Assembly: GCA_043803815.1 (NCBI GenBank)
Contig: JAZDJR010000035.1
Coordinates: forward strand, 14,069 to 78,068
Direction of reading: 5' to 3'
DNA from: Candidatus Micrarchaeota archaeon
GTDB lineage: Archaea > Iainarchaeota > Iainarchaeia > Iainarchaeales > JAGVWC01
DNA length: 64,000 nt
Part shown: positions 19,081 through 27,896 of the stretch, piece after piece
How the letters are laid out: each line of letters starts with the position of its first letter
How positions within the stretch are numbered: position 1 is the first letter of the stretch
The notes under the pieces: model-generated
The model's input: only the letters and a program-made list of their open reading frames with translations
Database searches by the model: none
What the model was told of the DNA's origin: nothing
Position numbers and translations under genes: made by a program

Positions 19081-20103
19081 CTAAGCGGTCAATATCAGTT
19101 CAATCATTTTGAGGCCGTTGAACAGGCCTTTGGAAATGCTGCTTCCGACGCCTTTGCTTTTTCCAACCCTTTTTTTAAACGCAATCGGGCATTCCATCAC
19201 GCGCAAGTCGCATTTTAGCGCGGTAATCAGCATGTGGGGGGAAAAATAATTCCGCTTGACCGTCAATTTGGGAAGAATTTTTTTTAGGGCTTCGGGGCGG
19301 ATTAAGGCAAACCCGATTCCGACATCGGTTATGCGGTATGTTCCCCAAAATCTCAATTGGAGCAGTTTGGCGATGAAAATATTGCCGTACAAAATAAACG
19401 GGGTTATCTGAGAATCGGGAGCGACGATTTCACAAGTCGTCCGGGTCCCTACCACCAGGTCCACGTTTTCAAGGTAGGAAAGCATTTTTCGCATGTCGGT
19501 CGGAAAATAAGTCTGGTCGCCTTCCACAAGGCAAACGATGTTTCCTTTTGTCTTGGAATCTTCCAAGGCTTCGGTCAGGGCGCGGATGCAGGCGGCGCCG
19601 TATCCCTGAACGGGTTCGCCGACCACGCGGGCGCCGGCTTTTTTGGCTTCAATCGTTGTTTTGTCCTTGCTGTTGTTGTCGACGACTACGACACTTGCGG
19701 TTTCTTTTAATTCCTTAAAGCCGCGGACCGCGCCGCCAATCGACAACTCGTCGTTGTACGCGAGCATGCCGATGCACACTTTGGGGTTTGCAATCGGGTC
19801 GAATCGCAGGGGTTTTCGCCTGGAATACAGGCGCTGGCGCCCCAAATCGATTGCCGCGCCGATGATGGCCAATAAAAACAGCGCATTAGCCCAGTCCAAT
19901 AAAAGCAATCCAATATCAAAGGTTACCCCCAATGCTTTCAAAATCCACGATATGAAAAAAAGGAGGTACAAAAAAAGACCGGCTAAAAAAACGACGAATG
20001 AATACAATAGCAAGCGGCCCATAGCATCACGATTTTCGAGCGGTCCAAATCGTTCATATTCTGGTGCAACAACGATTAAAAAGATGCGGATAATTGCAGC
20101 CAA
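19081..20103 (-). CDS. GT2 glycosyltransferase (polyprenol-phosphate type) with N-terminal TM helices
   Basis: LAYNDE, VVDNNSKD, QGYGAA, VEGDQT and RVGKSK. The start is uncertain (TTG 20103 or ATG 20022). Confidence 0.85.
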   Translation of the reverse strand: MAAIIRIFLIVVAPEYERFGPLENRDAMGRLLLYSFVVFLAGLFLYLLFFISWILKALGVTFDIGLLLLDWANALFLLAIIGAAIDLGRQRLYSRRKPLRFDPIANPKVCIGMLAYNDELSIGGAVRGFKELKETASVVVVDNNSKDKTTIEAKKAGARVVGEPVQGYGAACIRALTEALEDSKTKGNIVCLVEGDQTYFPTDMRKMLSYLENVDLVVGTRTTCEIVAPDSQITPFILYGNIFIAKLLQLRFWGTYRITDVGIGFALIRPEALKKILPKLTVKRNYFSPHMLITALKCDLRVMECPIAFKKRVGKSKGVGSSISKGLFNGLKMIELILTA

Positions 20104-20173
20104 GGAGAGCTTAATAGCCGGTAAAAGCGGTTAAATGAATCCTTTTTAACCCGTTTTAGGTTAATGAAAAGGT

Positions 20174-21622
20174 ATGGTAAGACTGCTGCAAAACAAAATT
20201 TTTTGGGGAGCCGTTTTATTTGTCGCGTTATTTTTGGTTTTTTATCCCCGCTTTTGGGACGTCGATTACCTGTCCACCATCCGCACGGCCCAGTGGTTTT
20301 GGCAGGGAAAATTCGTCGAAACCAACCCGCAGTACGCGTATTACATGTGGCAGTCGGCACAAGGCTTTTTTCTGTACCCGTTTGAAATCGGAAGGACTTT
20401 GGTCAGCGCACCATTGGCATTAATCAGCTGGAACGCGCCGTTCATCCTGGGACTTTTGTTTCATCTGTTGGGTTTTTGGTTTTTTTTCAAAACCCTTCGA
20501 TTGCTCAAGTGGGACGAGCGCTATTCGCTGGTGTACCTTTTTTTCCCGTCGGTGGCCCTGATTGCCGACCGTTTTTACCTGGGTGAAGCCGCTTCGATTG
20601 CCTTGATTTGCGGCGCGGTTTTTTTTTATTTGCGGGGGCAAAAAAACGATTATTGGCTGTCCGGAATTTTTTTCGGCTTGTCGGTTTGGTTTCGCTTTAC
20701 CAATGTGGTGGTTGCCGCCGCTTTTGCAGTCGCGGTTTTTTTCAGGCATAAAAAACAGGTTGTACCGTTTTTAACCGGAACTATTGTATTGGGCGCCTTG
20801 TTTTGTGGTGTAACTTATTTGATTTTAGGGGCGCCATGGGGCTATGTCGAACCCGGTTACGTGTCCGGCTCGGTGTACCAATTCGGTTTTTTTCATGTTC
20901 TGGAATCCATCGGCAGGTACCTGATTTTTTTGCTGGCCGGATTCGAACCACTTACTTCCCGCGGATTATTGATTGTTTTTCCACTCACCCTGCTTGCGCT
21001 GTTTAAAGCCAGGGTTTTGCGCCTGGAAACCGCGCTGTCTTTAGTTTTTGTCATTGTATTTTTTTCCATTGCAATGTTCAATACCGACGGACGATACGTA
21101 CTCGTGCTTTTTCCGCTTTTGCTTTTGGGAAGCATCCCCGCGGCCGACGCGCTTCTGAAAAAAATCGGGGAGTGGCAGCCCGCACTGACCAAAACCGCGG
21201 TAGTGTGGACAATTATCGTCCTGCTTTTGGCCGCAACGACCGCCGTGTTCTGGGTGCAGTCCCAAAAAGGAGAGGCGCGATTGCGGGTGGCCCAAACCAT
21301 TTATTCTTCCACCCCGCAAGGCGCGTTACTGATGGATTATCAGGGCGGTTTTACATCAAGTTTTCTATTGGAAACATTCGGGGACCGACGGCTGGAAACC
21401 GCGTCGATTCCGCAGTTAAAAGAAAAAATTTTGACCCCTTGCTGGGTAAAAGACAACGGCGGACTCGGCAACATTTATACTTCGATTGTCGAACTGTCAC
21501 CGCGCACCGAAAATTCGATTGCGGGTTTTATGAAAGTCGACCCCTTAACGACCATTGTGCGGCCGCTTTCCGAATTTCTGGCCGAACAGCAAATCAAGTC
21601 AAGCCAGATTCCCTGCCAATAA
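20174..21622 (+). CDS. GT-C-like polytopic membrane protein (paralog of 9201..10688)
   Basis: WDVDY loop after TM1, then LVYLFFP, SGIFFGLSVWFRF and RY motifs shared with 9201..10688. Confidence 0.7.
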   Translation: MVRLLQNKIFWGAVLFVALFLVFYPRFWDVDYLSTIRTAQWFWQGKFVETNPQYAYYMWQSAQGFFLYPFEIGRTLVSAPLALISWNAPFILGLLFHLLGFWFFFKTLRLLKWDERYSLVYLFFPSVALIADRFYLGEAASIALICGAVFFYLRGQKNDYWLSGIFFGLSVWFRFTNVVVAAAFAVAVFFRHKKQVVPFLTGTIVLGALFCGVTYLILGAPWGYVEPGYVSGSVYQFGFFHVLESIGRYLIFLLAGFEPLTSRGLLIVFPLTLLALFKARVLRLETALSLVFVIVFFSIAMFNTDGRYVLVLFPLLLLGSIPAADALLKKIGEWQPALTKTAVVWTIIVLLLAATTAVFWVQSQKGEARLRVAQTIYSSTPQGALLMDYQGGFTSSFLLETFGDRRLETASIPQLKEKILTPCWVKDNGGLGNIYTSIVELSPRTENSIAGFMKVDPLTTIVRPLSEFLAEQQIKSSQIPCQ

Positions 21623-21704
21623 CAAAAAATAGTTTTTTGTTGTAATTTTCATGCGGTTTCCAAAAAACCAAAAAAATACTTTTTAATACCGACGGAGAAC
21701 AGTA

Positions 21705-22910
21705 ATGGTTATGCAGTTCAGGCGCGTCTCGGTGGGCGAATTCCGGTTCGGCCCCGAGGAAAAAAAAGCGATCAACCGCATTTTGTCCCAAAACTGCATT
21801 TCCGAAGGCGAATTTGTGGAAGAGTTTTCCGCGGAATTCGCCAGGTTTTGCAAAACCAAGTATTGCGTTTCATTGAATTCGGGAACGTCCGCCTTAATGC
21901 TGGTGTGGGCCGGCCTCAAATACCATTCAAAATTCAAGCCGTCGGATTCGCTGCAAGTCATCACGACCCCGCTGACGTACGTCGCGACCACAAACTCGCT
22001 TGTAACAACGGGATTCGAACCCGATTTTGTGGACATTAACCTTGAGGATTTTTCCATTAACGCGGACCTGATTGCAAAGCTGGCCGAAACCGGAAAATAT
22101 TACGGCATTCTTCCCGTCCACCTGATGGGTTACCCCTGCGACATGAAAAAAATAAATTCGATTGCCAAAAAAAACGGGCTTTTGGTCGTCGAGGATTCCG
22201 CGGAAGCGCACGGCAGCGAAATCGAAGGAAAAAAAACGGGGTCTTTGGGGCTTGCGGGCTGTTTTTCTTTTTTTATCGCGCACAACATCCAGGCGGGAGA
22301 ATTCGGGTGCGTAACCACAAGCGATGAGGAGCTTGACCGCCTTTTGCGCAGCATGAAAGGAAACGGGCGGCGCTGCTATTGCCTGCGAAGCGAAGTCGAT
22401 GCGGGAAAATGCCCGCATGTCAACGACGGCTTTCATCCGCGCTACATCCACGATTACATCGGATACAATTTCAAGCCTATGGAATACCAGGCCGCGGTCG
22501 GGGTTTGCCAGCTCAAAAAAGCGGAATGGATTAAGCAAAAACGGCTGGAAAACGTGAAATACCTAAACGACGAATTGAAGGGACTGGATACCGTATTTCA
22601 ATTGCCGCGCTTTTCAAAACAGGTCAGTTACCTTGGGTATCCGCTTTTGGTGACCAACCCGGATTTTTCGCGCAACAAAATCACGCTGGAACTTGAAAAA
22701 CTCGGCGTGGAATGCCGGCCGATTTTCAATTCGGTTCCGACGCAGCAGCCGGCGTATAGTCACCTGAAAAAACGCTTTGAAGGAAAACTGCCCAATGCCG
22801 AGTTCGTCGGGAACAACGGGCTTTACGTGGGCTGCCACCAGTACCTCAAACAGGCCGACCTCGAGCACATTGTAAAAGCCATTAAAAAGGTTTTGAACCA
22901 ACACAAATAA
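21705..22910 (+). CDS. PLP-dependent DegT-fold enzyme of the His-type 3-dehydrase subgroup (ColD/RfbH-like)
   Basis: NSGTSAL, PVHLMG and EDSAEAHG. SFFIAHNIQAGE has His where aminotransferases have the Schiff-base Lys. GRRCYC is also present. Confidence 0.8.
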   Translation: MVMQFRRVSVGEFRFGPEEKKAINRILSQNCISEGEFVEEFSAEFARFCKTKYCVSLNSGTSALMLVWAGLKYHSKFKPSDSLQVITTPLTYVATTNSLVTTGFEPDFVDINLEDFSINADLIAKLAETGKYYGILPVHLMGYPCDMKKINSIAKKNGLLVVEDSAEAHGSEIEGKKTGSLGLAGCFSFFIAHNIQAGEFGCVTTSDEELDRLLRSMKGNGRRCYCLRSEVDAGKCPHVNDGFHPRYIHDYIGYNFKPMEYQAAVGVCQLKKAEWIKQKRLENVKYLNDELKGLDTVFQLPRFSKQVSYLGYPLLVTNPDFSRNKITLELEKLGVECRPIFNSVPTQQPAYSHLKKRFEGKLPNAEFVGNNGLYVGCHQYLKQADLEHIVKAIKKVLNQHK

Positions 22911-22969
22911 CAACTCAAAAGCCGACAAAACAGGTAAATCGGACAGATTTTATTTTTGGGGAAAAGCAA

Positions 22970-23941
22970 ATGACTTCCAAAACCGCGCTGATTACGGGAA
23001 TCCTGCACCAGGACGGCTCGTACCTGGCCGAATTATTGATTGAAAAAGGCTATCGGGTCGTCGGGTTTGTCCGCCACACGGGCCGCGAACCCACCTGGCG
23101 CATCAGCGCAATCGAGGACCAAATCGAATTCGTTTACGGCGACTTGCAGGATTATCAAAGCGTTTTGCAGGCGGTCCAAACCGTCAAGCCCGACGAAGTG
23201 TACAACCTCGGGGCCATGTCGTTTGTCAAGCAGTCCTTTGAAGACCCGATTATTACCGGAAATATTACGGGCCTTGGCGTGATGCGCGTACTGGAAGCCA
23301 TCCGCAAGACCGACCCGACGATAAAATTTTATCAGGCCTCCAGCTCCGAAATGTTCGGAAAGGTTGCCGAGTCGCCGCAGCGCGAAACCACGCCGTTTTA
23401 TCCGCGCAGCCCGTACGGAGTTGCCAAATTATATGGATATTGGGCCGCCGTGAATTACCGCGAAAGCTACGGCATGTTCGCGTCCAACGGGATTTTGTTC
23501 AATCACGAGTCTCCGCGGCGCGGAATGGAATTTGTCACGCGCAAAATTTCAAACGGCGTTGCGCGAATCAAACTGGGAAAACAAAAGGACATCCGCCTTG
23601 GAAACCTGGATGCCAGGCGCGACTGGGGATACGCCAAGGAATACGTCGAAGCCATGTGGAAAATGCTGCAGCACCAAAAAGCCGACGATTTTGTCATCGG
23701 AACCGGCGAACAGCACAGCGTGCGCGATTTTGCCAAAGCCGCTTTCGAGTACGTCGGAATGGATTACGAAAAATACATTACTTTGGACCAGGCCAACCGC
23801 CGGCCTGCGGAAGTCGAGACCCTGATTGCCGACGCTTCCAAGGCCAGCCGAGAACTGAACTGGAGACCCAAAACCAAATTCAAGGAACTCGTCGAAATCA
23901 TGGTGGAAGCGGATTTGGAATATGAAAAAAACAGGCCGTAA
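22970..23941 (+). CDS. gmd: GDP-mannose 4,6-dehydratase
   Basis: QDGSYLAE, YQASSSEMFG, PRSPYGVAK, FNHESPRRG and RDWG. Confidence 0.93.
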   Translation: MTSKTALITGILHQDGSYLAELLIEKGYRVVGFVRHTGREPTWRISAIEDQIEFVYGDLQDYQSVLQAVQTVKPDEVYNLGAMSFVKQSFEDPIITGNITGLGVMRVLEAIRKTDPTIKFYQASSSEMFGKVAESPQRETTPFYPRSPYGVAKLYGYWAAVNYRESYGMFASNGILFNHESPRRGMEFVTRKISNGVARIKLGKQKDIRLGNLDARRDWGYAKEYVEAMWKMLQHQKADDFVIGTGEQHSVRDFAKAAFEYVGMDYEKYITLDQANRRPAEVETLIADASKASRELNWRPKTKFKELVEIMVEADLEYEKNRP

Positions 23942-24908
23942 CCCCGATTTTTGGTCGGGCAAGCGCGTTTTGGTCACCGGCGGCGCTGGTTTTATCGGAA
24001 GCCGCCTTGTTGAAATGCTCGTGGAGTCCGAAGCTATTGTTCGCGTTTCTTATCAGGACCCAAAAAAACTGGAAAATTTAAATTTTGTAAAGAAAAAAAT
24101 CGAACTGGTAAAAGCCGAATTGTTAAATCCCAAAGATTGCGCCTCGGTCGTCCGAAAACAGGAAATTATTCTTAATCTGGCCGCGCGCGTGGCAGGAATC
24201 GAGTATAACCGGCTTCATCCCGCGACCATGCTAAGCGAAAACATGCTGCTTTCGTCCAACATGCTGGAAGCAAGCCGAAAAGAAAATGTCGAACGCTTTT
24301 TGGTCGTCAGTTCCGCGTGCGTGTACCCTGCCGACGCGCCCGTTCCCACTCCCGAATCCGAAGGCTTTAATGGCGAGCCCGAACCGACAAATGCGGGCTA
24401 CGGCTGGGGCAAGCGCTTTGGCGAATTGTTGGGGCAAAAATACGCGGAAGAGTTTGACATGAAAATCGCGATTGCGCGGCCGTTTAACAGTTATGGTCCG
24501 CGCGACAACTTTGACCCGAAGACCTCGCACGTGATTCCCGCCTTAATCCGCCGGGTAATGGCGAACGAAAATCCGTTGGTGGTCTGGGGCGACGGGACTC
24601 CGACCCGCGCGTTTTGCTATGTGGACGATTTTTGCCGCGGACTAATGCTTTGCGCCGAAAACGGCGTCGGGAAAGGGGCGGTTAATATCGGAACCGACGA
24701 GGAAATATCCATCAAGCAATTGGTGGAATTAATCGCCGGATTTTCGGGAAAAAAGCCCAAAATCGTTTTTGACCCCCAAAAGCCCAACGGCCAGATGCGC
24801 AGGAACTGCGACAATGCCAAAGCCAAAAAAGAAATCGGCTTTGAGGCAAAAATCCCGCTAAAAGAAGGGCTTGCAAAAACGATTGAATGGTACAAAGAAA
24901 ACGGCTGA
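23922..24908 (+). CDS. GDP-sugar epimerase/reductase (Fcl/ColC or GDP-mannose 3,5-epimerase-like SDR)
   Basis: GGAGFIG, SSACVYP, YGWGK, YGPRDNF and SHVIPALI. It follows gmd. Confidence 0.85.
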   Translation: MKKTGRNPDFWSGKRVLVTGGAGFIGSRLVEMLVESEAIVRVSYQDPKKLENLNFVKKKIELVKAELLNPKDCASVVRKQEIILNLAARVAGIEYNRLHPATMLSENMLLSSNMLEASRKENVERFLVVSSACVYPADAPVPTPESEGFNGEPEPTNAGYGWGKRFGELLGQKYAEEFDMKIAIARPFNSYGPRDNFDPKTSHVIPALIRRVMANENPLVVWGDGTPTRAFCYVDDFCRGLMLCAENGVGKGAVNIGTDEEISIKQLVELIAGFSGKKPKIVFDPQKPNGQMRRNCDNAKAKKEIGFEAKIPLKEGLAKTIEWYKENG

Positions 24909-24938
24909 ATAAAACGACGAAAGTGCGGCTCAAAAAAA

Positions 24939-25631
24939 TTATTTTTTATTTCGCGGCCTTATTTTTACAATTTTAGACGGCAAGCGCGAAATCACGCGGC
25001 CATACCGAATCGCTTTAAGTTCTCGAACCGAATGATACCCTGTAGCTACTGCCAAGGCCCCCATGCCCAGTTTTTGGGCCGCCAAAACGTCGTTGGGAGT
25101 GTCCCCAACCGCGAGTGCTAGGTTTTTGGGAATTTTGCTTTTTTGCAGGGCAAACCGAAACAGCGATTCTTTGTTTTTGATGGCGCTTGAATCCGAAGAA
25201 AAAAAACCGCGTTCAAAAAAAACCGCAAGCTCGGTTTTGGACAAAATCATTTCGCTTAGTTTTCGCGTGTTTCCGGAAAAAACAAACAGGCGTTTGCCGG
25301 ATTTTTTTAAGTATTTTAACGCGGTTAATACGCCGGGCAAGACGCCGGCTTTGGAAACCCGTAAAATCAGCCGTTCAAATTCGGATGGCCTGGCATGAAC
25401 CAATTTTTGGACCAGCGAATCGGTTGGTTTTTGGCCTTTTAATTCCAAGGCGCGTTTCCAAACGGCCTTGTCGGTTCCGAGTTTGAACAAATCGGAAAAA
25501 AACCGCGGATTGGATTCGTCAATTCCGGTAATTTTTTTGAACGTGTCGCGATAACTCTGAATATGAACGGAAAACAAATTAACCAAAGTCCCATCAATGT
25601 CAAAAAAAATGGCGTCGAATTTTTCAAACAT
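24939..25631 (-). CDS. HAD-superfamily phosphatase
   Basis: FDIDGTL, FSGN and VGDTPNDV. Confidence 0.88.
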   Translation of the reverse strand: MFEKFDAIFFDIDGTLVNLFSVHIQSYRDTFKKITGIDESNPRFFSDLFKLGTDKAVWKRALELKGQKPTDSLVQKLVHARPSEFERLILRVSKAGVLPGVLTALKYLKKSGKRLFVFSGNTRKLSEMILSKTELAVFFERGFFSSDSSAIKNKESLFRFALQKSKIPKNLALAVGDTPNDVLAAQKLGMGALAVATGYHSVRELKAIRYGRVISRLPSKIVKIRPRNKK

Positions 25632-26315
25632 TTAAAACCGTTTTCCAATCCCGATTTCGCGCAAAAGCATTTTCACAAAATACAGGCCGGTGTCGACGGT
25701 TTTGGCGCCGCTTTTTCCGCCGATGCGGTCGCCTTCAAACGTCGGGAATTCCTTTATTTTGTATCCGAGCTTGAGCGCGCGCATGGACATCTGGTATTCG
25801 ATGGCAAAGCCCTGCGCGTCCAGGTGCAAAGCCGAAATCTTTTTTTTGTTGACGCCGCGAAAGCCGTTGATGGAATCGGTTAGGTTCCCGCCGAAAAAAA
25901 AGTTGGATAATCCCGTGAAAAACCTGTTGCCCCATCCGCGGTAGGGAACCAGCTGCAAATGGTCGTCCGCCCGCGCGCCTTTGATGAAGCGCGAAGCGAT
26001 GACCAGGTCAAAGCCCTTGTCCAAAAAGTCCGCCATTTTGGGGATGTCGGAAGGGTTCTCGTTCCCGTCGGGAGAGAAAAAAATCACATTGTCGCACTTG
26101 GCTTTTTTCAGTGCGATGCGAAAGGCTTCCCCGCGGCCGAGTTTTTCCTGCACGATGACCGGCATTTTTTTTTGGCGGAAAAATTCCGCGGTTCCGTCCT
26201 TGGACTGGCCGTCGATTACCAAAACCTCGTCGACTTTTTTGACGGGAATTTTCGGAAAGACTTTGGCCACGCCTTGGATTTCGTTGCGCGTCAAAATGAT
26301 TAAAGTAACGCTCAT
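25632..26315 (-). CDS. GT2 polyprenol-phosphate glycosyltransferase (DPM1-like)
   Basis: LTRNE, IDGQSKDGT, GRGEA, PDGNE, DLVIASRF and DSINGFR. Confidence 0.88.
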   Translation of the reverse strand: MSVTLIILTRNEIQGVAKVFPKIPVKKVDEVLVIDGQSKDGTAEFFRQKKMPVIVQEKLGRGEAFRIALKKAKCDNVIFFSPDGNENPSDIPKMADFLDKGFDLVIASRFIKGARADDHLQLVPYRGWGNRFFTGLSNFFFGGNLTDSINGFRGVNKKKISALHLDAQGFAIEYQMSMRALKLGYKIKEFPTFEGDRIGGKSGAKTVDTGLYFVKMLLREIGIGKRF

Positions 26316-26376
26316 TTCTTCACGACTAAAAAATTATACCCATATATTTAAATGGATAAAGAAGAGGGCGTTTCTT

Positions 26377-27831
26377 ATGAAGATTAATCGCGCGGTTTTC
26401 GTCAATCCGTATCCGTATTATGCCGCAGGCATCAACGAGGCAACCGCCTATCCGCCGCTCGGGCTTGCGTATTTTGCCTCTTTTTTGGCCAAAAAAGGCG
26501 TGAAGTGCCGGGTAATTGACGCCAATATCCTGGCCAAATCCAACGAATCCGTTTTGGCCGAAATCGAGGAATTCAAGCCGCAGCTGGTCGGGATTTCGAC
26601 GAATGTAGTCACCGCCCAGGCGGGAGAAGAGCTGGCCAAAATGATCAAGCAAAAAGACCCGAAAACAATCGTGGTGTTCGGCGGCCCTTATGCGACCAAC
26701 GTGGTTGAAAAATTGCTGAACCGCTCGGGAGCGGACTGCATTATCCGCGGCGAAGGCGAAATGACCCTGCTTGAGTTCGTCAAAAAAGGCGGGAACGTTT
26801 CCACCATCAAAGGGGTATCCTACCTGAAAAAAGGCAGATTAATCAGCAATCCGGATGCGGAAAAAATCCAAAACCTGGACGAACTGCCCTATCCCGCGTA
26901 CGATTTGTTGCCGCCGCTTTCCATGTATCATTCGCGCTCGCGCTACACGCCGATGGCGCCGATGATGATGACGCGCGGCTGCCCGTACGGCTGCATTTTT
27001 TGCTCGAGCGCGCACACCGCCAACAACATCATGGGCGCGGCGACCCGCAAGCGCTCGCCGAAAAATATCGTCGGAGAAATCCGCATGTTGTCCAAAAAAT
27101 ACGGCGTGCGCCAAATCGATTTTTTGGACGACAATTTTTCCCAGGATATGGAATACGCAAACAAGGTCATGGACGCGATAATAAAGGCCGACCTTGGCGT
27201 GGTGTACAATTTCCAAAACGGCCTTCGGGCCGACCGGCTGGACGAGCCCTTGATCATCAAAATGAAAAAAGCGGGGGTTGTTAAAGTCGGCATCGGGGTC
27301 GAATCCGGAGAGCAGGCCATAGTGGATGCCGCCAAAAAATCGCTGAACCTGGAAAAGGTGCGAACCGCAATCGGGTTATTGCGAAAGCACGGCATTATTG
27401 TCATCGGCTTTTTCATGCTGGGATTGCCCGGCGAGACCGCTAAAACAATGGAAAAAACAATCCGATTCGCGCTGGAAACCAATCCGCACATGGCCAATTT
27501 TTCCGTTGTGCTGCCTTTACCCGGAACCGAGTTGTATCGCATGGTCGAAAAAGCCGACGCGTTTGTAAAGGACGATACGACCGCGGGCGCGATGACGGGA
27601 TTTTACTCCCAGATGTTTTATTACAAAATGGGCGAAGTCACGCCTGAGTTGGTGTTTAAATACCAAAAAAAAGCGTACAACGAGTTTTATTTTCGGCCAT
27701 CCAAACTGCTGGACTTGATGACCACAATCCAGTCCTGGAACGAATTCAAGTGGACCTTAAACTCCGCCAAAAACATCGCGGCAGCGATTTTTAAAATGCC
27801 GTTTGGAAAAGCAGCATCCGCCGAGCACTGA
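26377..27831 (+). CDS. Cobalamin-binding radical SAM enzyme #3
   Basis: YPPLGLAYFA, FGGPYAT, RGEGE, TRGCPYGCIFC, FLDDNF and GVESG. ATG at 26377 lies about 25 nt after TATATTTAAA. The ORF-track extension to 25981 overlaps the opposite-strand GT2. Confidence 0.92.
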   Translation: MKINRAVFVNPYPYYAAGINEATAYPPLGLAYFASFLAKKGVKCRVIDANILAKSNESVLAEIEEFKPQLVGISTNVVTAQAGEELAKMIKQKDPKTIVVFGGPYATNVVEKLLNRSGADCIIRGEGEMTLLEFVKKGGNVSTIKGVSYLKKGRLISNPDAEKIQNLDELPYPAYDLLPPLSMYHSRSRYTPMAPMMMTRGCPYGCIFCSSAHTANNIMGAATRKRSPKNIVGEIRMLSKKYGVRQIDFLDDNFSQDMEYANKVMDAIIKADLGVVYNFQNGLRADRLDEPLIIKMKKAGVVKVGIGVESGEQAIVDAAKKSLNLEKVRTAIGLLRKHGIIVIGFFMLGLPGETAKTMEKTIRFALETNPHMANFSVVLPLPGTELYRMVEKADAFVKDDTTAGAMTGFYSQMFYYKMGEVTPELVFKYQKKAYNEFYFRPSKLLDLMTTIQSWNEFKWTLNSAKNIAAAIFKMPFGKAASAEH

Positions 27832-27896
27832 CCAAAATCAAAAAATAATTCGCGAAATTAACTTTTAATGCGGATTTTGTTCCTTATTTTAAATTT

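Noticed and set aside
26334-26360. GGATAA half-site near the promoter of radical SAM #3 as a second operator
   Set aside because: Only a single hexamer with an imperfect partner, which is expected by chance in AT-rich DNA.
25981-26376. 132-aa N-terminal extension of radical SAM #3 in the ORF track
   Set aside because: It is mostly the antisense of the GT2 at 25632-26315. A TATA box and family-typical start lie at 26343-26377.
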